From Penicillus capitatus (lineage: Eukaryota > Plantae > Chlorophyta): a stretch of DNA of 64,000 nt. The stretch lies in the NCBI GenBank assembly GCA_965649825.1, contig OZ287697.1, forward strand, positions 310,001-374,000. The letters are read 5' to 3'. The notes under the pieces were generated by a model that worked only from the letters and a program-made list of their open reading frames with translations, was not told the DNA's origin and did not search any database. Below are positions 39,286-51,191 of the stretch, piece after piece (position 1 is the first letter of the stretch; every line of letters begins with the position of its first letter). The translations under genes and the position numbers were made by a program.

Positions 39286-39674
39286 ATGGCAACGTACCTG
39301 TTGACAGCGACGCGCCGTCGTCTGCGTCGATCGATGTCGATTGAAAAATCCTCGCTGCGCGTTTAAGGGCGCGTCTGCTGCTGTCCATCGGTGCTCTGTT
39401 TTTAAGCGGCAGTCCGCTCTGCACGAGCTTTACTCTTGACGGTCGGGTCGACAGCGGTGTGCACGTGCCGCCTCTTTCTGTTATGTACAAGAGAGCGAAC
39501 ACGCCAGTCCTCGATGGGATCTGCAAGAGATTCGAGGAAACGAGTTGTAGCGGGGATGGGAGATTCAGAAGGCTAACGGGGCCAGTCATTGGAAACCGCT
39601 TTGAGGATGCGTTCGGTTCCTTTTACAAACGAGATGCAGTTGCAGTTTTTGATCCCAGCTCTAACTGCTACTAG
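39286..39674 (+). CDS. Possible small secreted protein
   Basis: ATG GCA AC plus intron 39294-39367 gives MATARLLLSIGALFLSGSPLCTS.., in frame with ORF 39459..39674. No family recognised. Confidence 0.3.
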
Positions 39675-41744
39675 GATGACGATATCAGGCTCCTTTGGCG
39701 ACGCAAGGGGGAGATCGTTTGGAGAAGACTTGAAAGAACGGTGATCGGGACCATTTTTGATCCAGCGGCCGACGAGGGCTTATGGATGACAAGACAACAC
39801 AGGATAAAATCAGTCGAAATTTTTTGCATGGCGGCCTTTTCGCGTGATGTCCAAGCGCTAACGCATTGGATTCGAAAACAGCAAAGTCAAACACAATGAG
39901 GCGTTAAATGTCATAATACAATTTTCGATGCACATCCATCCTTTAGCAGATGTATCTTACTTGGAAGACAAGTGACTTTGGCTTAGTGAGTCCGTGTTTA
40001 CTAATAGCGATCCTTTGCGGAGTTGGTTTCTTCTATGTTATGTAAACCACGTCTATTACATCATGTAGCATGAGTCAACGAAAATGATGCTAGCAACTGT
40101 GAAGAATGCCTGGTGCTACCGAGGTGGAGGTTGCATGCCTCGTACGAAGCAAGATGCCATGCGTACTGTCGGGTGGCGAAGGGAGCCATAGACGCTATGA
40201 CGCGCGCAGCGAATGTGCGATTTTAATCGATAACAAAACGTCTCGACAGCCGGAAACGTTTTGTGGATTTCAATTGACGAACAGTTTCGAAGTGTTAGCC
40301 AACACCGATTCATCACAATGATTTCTAGGAGGCATTTGATCTTGTGTTTTGTGGGATGCAGGCAGCTTTCTTATCCATCGGGTAGTGACGAGTCGGTCGT
40401 TGTTTGCCGATGGAGATATTCGTACTAATGCTGTGAACGAAACAACATGCTGTCGACTGCGTTCGTAACAGAATCACCCGTGATGAATTGTGGCCTAACT
40501 CTGTTTCCAGAGAGCTCTCTACGTCATAGACTCTAAAAACGATTGTGTGCCGGAACTGAAGACGAACTCACTTGCAGTCATCAATGCTACAAGGTTCTCT
40601 CCACTTTTGCTCAAAAAATATGTATGTAAGTAAGAAACAATGAATTCTTATCGTTGTATATATAGAATGACTGTATCCGCACTCTTTCTCTTAGCAATGA
40701 CGATCTCTTTTGCCGTATCCTAGAGTTGAGACCTATTCGATAGATTTTTCATCTCTTTGGAACCCACCCAAGGTATCGATGACTTGCAGAATGATCTTTT
40801 GAATAACCTGTCAGATGCCCTTGGAGGATAAATAATTGTAGAACACGTAGATTCTCCATTCAAACATATAAGTGCTCTTACGTTTTTTGAAGAGAAAAGC
40901 TGACGCATGATCAAAAACGAAGATTAACTTTCTTAAAATCTCGAAACAGGTCACGTCTGTCTAACGAAAACAACTTACTCTCGAATTCAATCCTGTCCTT
41001 TTGATCCACATGGAACAACTTTAACGCCACAGACAAATGTGACAATAGAAAGAGTTGATGTCCATAGCTCTGTGTGTAAGTAGGGCAAGGCGAGGTTTAC
41101 CTGGCGGTGACAATATGCATGTAGAGGCGTCGCACGTGCCGTCCCATTTCCTTCTGAAAACGTCAGCTGACAACACATTTCAGTGCTATAACAACGAAGG
41201 GCTGCATGCCAAGTTGTTTCCATAGCAACACCGCAGCATAACAAACAGAAACCGCTATTTCAGGATTGACAGCATTTGATGAAACACTTTCCCATCAGTC
41301 CACAAATCTCGACGGATGCAAAAAGTGCAACAACTGGCCTCAGGTATCTGTCCATCGTCATCGAGTTAAAGCTTCCCATTTTCCAAGCGATGTCACATCT
41401 TCGTACACTCTTGACCACAGAGATACTGCCAACGACGTCGCTTTCGAAAGCACACCGAGCATTATTAAAGGGACAGTTGTGAAACCGCTAAGCTTCCGTG
41501 AGTCGAGACAGGCGGAGGCCGTTCAGAAGTTGCAGCACAGATGGCAGACGGACGGTTGGCCTGCTAACATGCCTACGGTCATCGCGGATTCAAAGTGACG
41601 GTCAACAGCAAACAAATGCAGACAGACCACTGGACTCAGTTCGCCCAGCCGAGGAGGCAGTGGTCGGGCATTTTTCGACCGCCAAAATCGAAAGTTAGCA
41701 AACTTCGTACACCAAATGCTGTACGAAGAATTATCCTCCAGAGC

Positions 41745-41751
41745 TATTTAA
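41745..41751 (+). promoter_or_regulatory. TATTTAA TATA variant upstream of A4 (also 43959-43965 for A5 and 46239-46245 for A6)
   Basis: Same heptamer 101-109 nt before three paralogous ATGs, each followed by a ..ccg.tgcgga motif. Confidence 0.6.
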
Positions 41752-41847
41752 ACCATTGCTCCGCTGCGGAAATCCGTCGCGCATTTCTATACTCCTACCA
41801 GTGGCCTTTCGCCGAAGTTTTGGGTTTTATCTGCAACTCAGGATAAA

Positions 41848-42609
41848 ATGTCGCGCGCCTTATCAATCGTCGTTGCTCTGCTGGTTGCTCTGAGTTCGAC
41901 ATCCGAAGTCGTTGCTAGCAAAATTTCTGCGTCGTGTCCAGAGGAGTGGTGCAACGCGGCAGAATCAAGAGACGACAGCGTTATTCGAGCGGCGATTCAA
42001 AACGGGCAGACCGATATGTGCTACTGCTATTGCGAACCGTACCCCAACGGGAATAAGCTTCTGCATGTGACCGCGTGCTCAGAAGCCGTCGCGTTCGCGG
42101 ACTTGATGATTTCGAAGCCGCCAAACTGTTACGTTGATACTTGGGACTCCAACGGCAACACTCCTTTGCACGACGCGGCCGAATGCTGCAACACACCGAT
42201 GGCATACGTACGTCCTAGTGTCGCAGCGTTTGGCATCATCGATTTTGCGTAACCGTAGGTATTTTTGTCGGCTGGAGACGACCCTTTGATCGCAAACAGA
42301 GCTGACCCAGAGAGTGAGAACTGGGATGGCGAGACGCCGATGTGCGTCGCCGCGCTTCAGGACGACCCGGACTGCGCCGGCATTGTGAATCATCTGCTCG
42401 AATTTGGTGCAGATATTTGCACCAAATGTCCCGTTAAGGGCGTTAAAGGCGGCAAACTCCCATACGACGTTGCCGTCAACAAAATCGTCAAAGACGTAAG
42501 TGCATTTCGGTTCGAGTGACACAATCACTGCGTTTCCTAATTGGTGTAGATTATTGAACAGAATGGTGGTCGGACTATGGAAGACGGTGGCATTTGCCCA
42601 GATTACTAG
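41848..42609 (+). CDS. Secreted Cys-rich ankyrin-repeat protein A4
   Basis: 2 introns (no signal-peptide intron); LLHVTAC, GNTPLHDAAECC, FGADIC; 14 Cys. Confidence 0.85.
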
Positions 42610-42877
42610 TTGACGAAAACGGTGCCGATTCATCCATTATCATGCATCAACGCACAGTTTTAAACGAATCACGAGAGCCAGAAACACATACACATATTCA
42701 TTGTTCCTCGTTTTATGTCTTTTGACAATTACTAGGCGCTACAAAGGCGCAATGGGATGAACCAGCATGGATTGTCTACGAAACCGAACTAACAGTGTGT
42801 TGTCATGTTGTTTGCTTGCCAAAACCTGCTGCTCTCACTCGCTCCCTTCTACAGAACAAGACTCCGAAGGCTCGAGA

Positions 42878-43215
42878 ATGATCCCAAGAGCGAGGACGCC
42901 GTGTTGCCTGCTGTATTCTATCGAAAAGATGGCACCGGATATAAACGTCAAATCGCTCCGTCCAGTCAGTCCGTGTGGTACATTCGCGGATGTGACCTGC
43001 GTCCACGAGACAGCTCAGCGTCAGAGATTCGCCGAAGGTCTCTCGCCACTCCAAGCAGCAACCCAGAAATGGCTGTCTTGCATCGAAGACGACGCCGCTG
43101 ATCTGCTCGGCGTAAAGAGATGACGGTTTCGCTTTGTCGACTGGCGTCGGGCTGATATCCGGCACAGGATACACCCATTTGGAGATTCGCCTGTGGCTAT
43201 TTTAAGTTTGCTCCG
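42878..43215. repeat. Duplicated intergenic segment downstream of A4; second copy at about 45150-45480 downstream of A5
   Basis: Core 42922-43008 vs 45196-45282 differs at 1 of 87 nt; flanks are more diverged. Confidence 0.8.
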
Positions 43216-44067
43216 CCCTGTTTAGCTGAACAAGTGGCAAAACTGGATTATTGTTCCCAAGTAAGTGACTGTATTACCTTCGAGGGCACAGTGAATGTTT
43301 GCAATTAGACCCGGGTGGCTACCATCTCGACTTCCGCGTCCTGTAGCGGTCAACGCTTGTCCTTCTTGGGCTCTACGTCGACAAAAGCAAGTCGCTCGTC
43401 GGAGTGCGTGAGCTTCCCGAAGAAAAATTCCCATCTCAAAAAAATCCCATCTCATGGCCTGCCAGCGAAAACAACCTCCTTACAGGTAAGTCAAAGTCGC
43501 GGTTGCACTTTTGACGAAATTCCGCAAATAGAAACCCGCACGACGAACCATTATTCTTAGTACAGTAACATGGAAGGCCTCCCATTTGATAGGCCAGTGG
43601 AGAATGCGTAAATGGTATGCACATAAGCAAATAACGCATGCATCAACCATCATGTTTTCGTACATTCCCAGACAGACCTAAAAACGGTTGTTCAGAAACG
43701 AGCTGCCCTTACCGACAACGAACGAGAACCCCAAACTCTGCATTGTCTCCTAAGGAACCGTTCTTTTCAATAACAACCTCCTATCCAAGAAGCAAACTGT
43801 GCCACACGACGATACGATTGACGTGACCTTTGAACGCCGACCGCTCTTCGCCACAAGTATTGTGAGGTGGCACCGAGGTGGCCTGAACTCGTGTGGAGAA
43901 TGGAAGATCAGACGGTTGGTAGTCTGAACTCGACTGTGAAGTCCATATCCTCCATCACTATTTAACCGACTGGGCCGGGTGCGGACAACGAAGTCGACCG
44001 CTCATTTTGATTTCTAGTCTGTCTGCCTTGTCGAGTCTCTCCGTTCGGCCACCGACTGAAGCATACG

Positions 44068-44809
44068 ATGTCTCGCGCTTTACTGATTTTTGCGCTGCTC
44101 TCGGTGGCGTTGCTAAAGGAGGCGGTTGCCGGGTGGCCACCGGTTTGTCCAGAGAAGTGGTGTAAAGCTGCCGAAAAACGCGACGATGCTGTGATTCGCA
44201 AAGCTATACAAAACAGAGAAGACCAAGCGTGCTACTGCGCATGCAACCCGATGTTTCACCAGAAGAGACTGCTGCACTTGACGGCGTGTGCAGAGTCTGT
44301 GACCTTCGCGGATTTGATGATTTCTAAAGAGCCCAACTGCTACGTTGACGTCAGAGACCGCTACGGACATACACCTCTACACGATGCAGCTGAATGCTGC
44401 AATACGCCAATGGCATATGTAAGTCTGCCGACTTTATTGAATTTCGTTTCCTACAGCGGCATTGTTAGGTGTTCTTGTCTGCTGGTGACGATTCCACAAG
44501 TTTGAACAGCGCCGATCCCGAGAAGAGGAACTGGAATGACGAGACGCCGCTATGTGTGGCGGCGCTTCAGGACAACCCGGACTGCGCCGGCATTGTGAAT
44601 CACCTACTTGAATTTGGTGCAGACATCTGCACCAAATGCCCCGTTAAAGGCGTTAAAGGCGGCAGACTCCCATACGACGTTGCCGTCAACAAAATCGTTA
44701 AAGATGTAAGTGGATTTCTCTTTGAGGAGAAGCAGATGTGAATTGAGGAATGGTGTAGATTATTGAGCAAAATGATGGTCGACTTAAAAAACATGGTGGC
44801 AAATGCTGA
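44068..44809 (+). CDS. Secreted Cys-rich ankyrin-repeat protein A5
   Basis: 2 introns; GHTPLHDAAECC; 14 Cys; closest paralog of A4. Confidence 0.85.
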
Positions 44810-46339
44810 AACGACTGATTGACGAAACTAAGGAGAACAATATCATCATGCAGTGACAGTTATACTCGACCACACAACAAAGACAAAACAGACAACACAA
44901 CACATAACTATCCATTGTGTGTTCCCCACCTTCATTTTTACTTGTTGCGAGCGCTTCCAAAGCGCATTAGAATCGACTGACGTGGTATTGAAAGATGTCT
45001 AACATCGGATGATTTGTTATGTTGCGAGCTTGCGAGATTCTTCTTCTTCTTCGTCGCCAGGATCATCTGGCGGCTCGAACGCGACTCGTGATCGTCTCTG
45101 TCACCGTCTCTCTCGCTCGCTTCTACATAATGAGACCTCTGGGGAACGAAAATGATTCCAAGAGGAAGGACGCCGTGTTGCTTGTGTTATTCTTTCGAAA
45201 AGATGGCACCGGATATAGACGTCAAATCGCTCCGTCCAGTCAGTCCGTGTGGTACATTCGCGGATGTGACCTGCGTCCACGACGCCGTTTAACACCAGAG
45301 ATTCGCCGAAGGTCTCTCGCCACTCGAAGCAACAACTAAGTCATCACTGGCTCTCTTGCTTCATAGACGACGCCGCTGCTGTGCTCGGCGTAGAGAGATG
45401 ACGGTTTCGCTTTGTCGACTGTCGTCGGCTGCTATCCGGCTCAGAACACGTCCATTCGGAGATTCGCCTTCGGCTATTCTCTCCCTTAGTTTCGGTCTGT
45501 GTAGCTGAACAGTCGAAGCGTTTTGAGTCTTGCACCTCTGTGCTTGTGCCTTTCTTGAAATTCCGTACATTACTTGGAGTACGCACACACTCCGTTCGTT
45601 CGTTGCAGTCGCCTGCAGCGTACCGCGTCGGAGCGCTCCACTCTCTGAGCAGTTCGACTGTTGCCACCGACGCTCGTTCCACATCCCAGTCATTGAAATA
45701 GCAGAGAAACGTTGGCCCTTGCAATGTCGACGTTCAGCGCTGGTAACAGCCTCGTAGGGAACTGCCTCGCAACACGGCGTCGTCTCGGCGTCTTGTTCTC
45801 TGAAGAGAACTGCATCCTCAAGCAAAAGAGGGAGATGTTCCCATGCCCTTTTGAGTTCCGTGTCGGAATGGAAGTCGTATTGGACGCCCTATGTCTTTGT
45901 ACGAATACTGAATGATAAAGCTGCGTCGGTAATACTTTCTGCCGTCGTCCACCTCACAAAGAGGACAAATCACGACAGCCTCTTCTTGAGACGATGTCAA
46001 GCAACTGGCCGTCAGCCGTCACACGACACGCAAGTGAAGAGCCGATTCCTTTCTGCCATGTTTTTACACGTGGTCGATGCAGGATAGAGTCAACGGTTGA
46101 TGTGACTTTCTAATATCGTCCATCCAGTCTAAGACGGACGCTGAGGTGGCACAGAGAAAGGATGAAGTTCCCACAGCGGTGACCGATAAACAAGGACCGC
46201 AGTGCGAACTGAACCGTGAAGAGACTAACCACCAATAGTATTTAAGGAACTGCTCCGGTGCGGAGATTCATTCAACATTTCGCCCGGTCTTCTTTTTCCT
46301 GTGTCGAGTGTTTACGTTTCAATATCCACCAGAATCAAA

Positions 46340-47108
46340 ATGTTGCGTTCCTATTTGCTCTTGGTCGCTTTATTGGCATTGACGAGTTCCAAGGCAGCCG
46401 CTTATCCGTATCCGCCTCAATGTGAGCCTGCCTGGTGCACTGCCGCCAAAAAGAAAGACGAATCGGTCATTCGCGAGGCAATTCAGAACGGCAACAGCAA
46501 CAGCAAGATTTGCTCCTGTATTTGTGAACCGCCGGAGGATGAATGGAAGAGACTTCTTCACGTGACGGCATGTTCGGAAGCCGTGGCCTTTGCAGACCTG
46601 ATGATAACGAATCCACCCGACTGCTGGGTTGATATCTATGATGTCAATGGCAACACGCCTCTGCACGAAGCGGCTGGATGCTGTAACACGCCGATGGCAT
46701 ACGTACGTTACGTGCTCATGCGTTTATTGTCGGAATTTGGCGCTTTCTAGGTGTTTTTGTCGGCGGGAGACGACCCTTTGAGCTCAAACAAACCTGCCCC
46801 TTCGAGCTCAAACAAAGCTGACCCAGAGCGTGAGAACTGGGATGACGAGACGCCGATGTGTGTCGCCGCTCGTCAAAAGAATCCGAACTGTGCCGGCATT
46901 GTGAAGCATCTGGTCGAGTTCGGAGCTGACGTCTGCACGCCATGCCCGCCTGACCCCAAGTACCCATACATTCCAGTTTATCCATACGACGTCGCGGTGA
47001 AAGTGGGGAACAAAATAGTTGCCGACGTAAGCTCCTGATTCTATTAACGTCCGCGCAAAATGTTATTTGCTACAGACCATTGAGCAACTCGGCGGCAATG
47101 TTTGTTGA
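46340..47108 (+). CDS. Secreted Cys-rich ankyrin-repeat protein A6
   Basis: 2 introns; GNTPLHEAAGCC; 14 Cys; small in-frame loop duplication SSNKPAPSSSNKAD. Confidence 0.85.
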
Positions 47109-47725
47109 GAATTGAAGATTGAAGCGAGAAGGCTTTGCCGATTCTCGCCTAAGACGCCGCATTCGGCGCAAAGACCATTTCCACCACAGCTATCCTTTCG
47201 TCTCTTTCACTCGCGTCTATACTTTGTCAAAACGCTTTTTTATTGCGCTGTCACAAAGCGCTTGGGGATACTGATGAGATTGGCAAACGTGTGTGGGTAT
47301 GCTATGCATGTAATGAAACGAATCTAACACAAAAAGAATCTCTCCCGACCGTAGCCGATAAGCAGACGCACGCATCGACGACAGCGTCGCCTGTGACGCA
47401 TTCCATTCCCCACAACGCTGGGCGAAATGACGAGCTGTTACTTAGCGAGCAACGGCGACGGTAACGTCGTTTCGTTCAGGAGAGGATGGGCTGCGTGTCC
47501 TGTCGTCTAGATACAGACGTCAGCTATCATGCATCTCGTCACGGATGATGAATTGTCTGCGATTTGTGGCCAGCGGTCGTTCGCATCTCGCGTCATCCGA
47601 ATCCGCTATCCGGCCTCGCATTTTCAACGATAAGTCTTCCCGCTCCCCACGGGCAACGATTACGAAAATTTTGCATACCGGTCAGCGCGGAGTCTGCCTC
47701 ATACACGCCGTAAACGCACCCGAGA

Positions 47726-48501
47726 ATGTCGGTTACCGTGTTTCTGTTTTTTGTTCTTCTTATTGCTGACATCGGAGAAGGTAAACGCTATTTTGCGGTG
47801 CGCGCACTGACGGTGTGCATGTTCAGTCGTTTCTCCCTCACCCAAGAAAGCACCATCATTTTCGACCACCAAATGCCCTTCCGAGCTCTGCAAAGCTGTC
47901 AGAAAAAGAGATGAGAGTGTTGTACGGGAGTATATACACAGTGGATACCCCTATCTCTGCAGCTGCAGCTGCGACAGACGTGGAAACAAGCTTCTGCATA
48001 TGACAGCGCGAACAGAATCCATTGTTTTTGCCCATTTGATGCTAGAAGACCCGCCTGGATGCGAAATCGACGTACAAGATAAGAAGAGGAACTCACCTCT
48101 TCACAAAGCTGCAGAAGTGTGCAACGGTCCCATGACCAACGTCCGTTATCCTATCGCTCAATACTCACCTTTACGTTCTCCTTGCTGTGTAGTTGTTCCT
48201 GGACAAGAATGGAACACTCGCGTCGCTACGTAATCGATCGAAACTGACCCCCCTTTGTTTAGCAGCTCAGCGTAACAATGCAGACTGTGGAGGCGTCGTG
48301 AAGGATTTAGTGGGTAAAGGAGCAAATATCTGCCAGAAGTGCAAAGGAAAGCTGCCGTATGATCTCGCTGTGCATAAAGTGACAAGAGATGTGCGTATCG
48401 CAGCGCTCTATCGATATCGCTCATCCCTCTGTGCTGCGGCATTGCTGTAGATCTTCGAGCAACTCGGAGGCCGGAGTGTTGAAGATGGCGGCAATTGTTG
48501 A
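47726..48501 (+). CDS. Secreted Cys-rich ankyrin-repeat protein A7
   Basis: 3 introns; GNKLLHMTA, NSPLHKAA, GANIC; 12 Cys. Confidence 0.8.
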
Positions 48502-51090
48502 GTGATCACGGCGGTCCGGACAACTGGCCCGACACCAAGGGGTATCCGATGATTGTTGCGATTTGTGTCTGCTCGTTTACTATTGTTGTCGTGTTGCAAT
48601 CCTTCGTCCGACCCTTATCCACGCACACAATTCTGTGTGTGACGTGGGTTACCGGAGGTATCCTCTGTTTTTTCTCTGTAAACACCGTGTAGACGTCAAT
48701 CGATGCATTCATTGTGTTTCTGACAGACTTGCGCAACACATTCAATCGCTATTCGTTACTGTGTACGGGTTTGGGATTTTAACAAAATGTTGAACTCTCG
48801 CCGTCTGTGTGAAGGGTAGTGTAAGTAAGCACTGAACTGCAAACGCAGAGCTAAAAATGCTGTCTGTGTGCAAGATCGACTGTAAGCTGGATAACATTTA
48901 AGAGGGGGGGCATTGGATATCGTAAGATCGATAAGGAGGACATTAACGATTGATTGGGGGGCAGTCATGGGAGGAGCCGTTGATGATCAGATAAATGCAT
49001 TTCTATTGTAAGATGCATGCTTAGAGGGAAGAGGCGTCGTCTCAGACGGATCTCCTTCGAAGCGATGTTGATGTTGTAGAATGCCTCGGTCGGGTGCTTC
49101 GCCGCGACGGTGAGGATTCGTCGTTGCGATCAACCGTCGACGATCGTCCCCGCGGCTATCGCAACGATGCGACGGAACTCTGAAGGTGCCGTCGCCGAGA
49201 CGCCCGCGTCGCAGTGGCACAGCACGTCTTTTCTTTCGTTCCTTCGTCGTCTATCGATCGCGCACGAGCGTTGTTGTCCTCACGTCCTAGTACAACTTAG
49301 CTTTCGGCTGTGTATAACTAACAATCTACATGGTGATGTGACCTTCGCTCAGGATCAAGCCTGTTGATGCATTGTGAGGCTATTGGCTATCAGTTCAGCG
49401 AGTAGGTCGTGTGTTAACGCATTGGGAGATGGCTCTTCAATCCATCTTTGTATTTACCTTCAGGGAGATGCACTAATGCTGTTCGTTGAGAGGAGTCTCC
49501 CCCTAGACGAGATGATTTTAGCTATGTATTCACTCGATAAAGACATAAATGCCAGCTTTGGTGTCAGTCTGGACGCTGGTCACGGATAACGTGGCTCGAT
49601 CGGCACGTAAGTAAGTGTGGGTGATTTATCCTGCGGTATCGACGCACCTTGAAAGCAGATTTGACTGAAGCATGCAGAAACGGCACTAGACAGACATGAG
49701 AGATAGAGCATCCGCTGTTACTTACCACGAGCATCTCCTAAAAGGCTCAGTCTATGACCCGTGGGTCACGCATAAGACGTTGATTGATTGGCCTAGACTA
49801 AAGTCGAACGAAATCTTCAGTGGGGAATCCAGTCATAGACTCCTTCTCTATTACGCATCTATTAAATGGCACAGCACAAATGGTTGGATCAGACTTCGTC
49901 TAATGTGGCATTGCTGAACGGTGCTGTGCACCGACATTCCTCATCATGGCTGTTGGCTGTGGTGAAGTTTCGGGTGTCTTGTCGACAGCACGTTCAGCTC
50001 AACGTACCAATCTCGTCGAAGAATACAGAGAATGCATCCCGTTAACTATGGATGCTGGGTTAACCAGTTCAAGCATGATTGATTTGGGATTTTGTCATTC
50101 TAATAGATTTTACGCATCGACGGAAAAATGATCCCGTAGAATCATGCACGTCTCGGATAGCGATCTTACACCACAGGATCCGAAGCAAATCAAGATACGT
50201 TACACCTGAACCACTCGATTGTTCGGTATCGCATTCGCATATTCGACGCAAACGATGCAGTTTTTTCATCGTCGCAGAAAGCGCCCGTGTCGTTACAAAG
50301 AGTACCACTAGCCGTAGGCAAACTCGCTGAACATCTGCTGTCGTTTTATCGTCCGTCCGCGCAAAACCGTGGCCGGTGGATGATGCCCATGGTGGATGCT
50401 TACAGATGGGCTAGCCGATTTGAGCAGCAGAGAACGAGCTGCTTCGTGGACGGACGGTCGAGACGGTGAGAAATTTGCCAGTCGACGTTGTGCATCTTGC
50501 TGTCGACAGCTCGCGCGTTCGTTCCGAATGCAAACACGTGTCCACAAGTTGACTGTACCTTCCTTTCGGCAGGAACGACAGTGGGAATTGGACAGCGAAC
50601 AATTCGACAGGATATTACCGAGCTCTGAATGTCTAGCTCTGTCGCGATGTCGCCGCAGCAAAAGGAATCCAAACACGAGCTACGGTCGATGCAGCTGCCG
50701 TCTGCTCTGTCGACGTTGACATGCAGCACGTTGAAAGAGAGATGAACGGGGAGTGCTTTTTCGTAGGCCGAATATGACAAGAGATGAGGAGGTGGGATAT
50801 GAGTCTCTAGCTCAGTGGGGGGTTGATCATGATTGTATACAGGTAGGTAGGTAGGTCATTGGTCGAAACGGTCGGTTGTGTTTGACCACGATGTCTTGGA
50901 TGGTGTGTTCGTGCTAGGGGCAGTTTCCCATTAGCTGCCAACAATAAGTGTTCTATAATAGCTCCCAGGAAGTTGGAAAAGAAGAAATAGCCAATCAGCT
51001 GCCTCGAAAATACGAGAACCAATGGTTTTGTCCATACATGGAAGCTGACAGTACTGCTGCCATCTGCATGGCACCTTCTTGACCACCGGC

Positions 51091-51097
51091 TATAAAA
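51091..51097 (+). promoter_or_regulatory. TATA box upstream of A8 (also 53452-53458 for A9)
   Basis: TATAAAA 101 nt (A8) and 84 nt (A9) before the ATG. Confidence 0.6.
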
Positions 51098-51191
51098 GTC
51101 GCGTCGTGGTGGACGGAGCATTGGACCATATTCGCGTTTGGAGTTTTTGTTGTCTCCTGACGAAACTCTCTCTTCAGTTGTGTTTTGTCAG

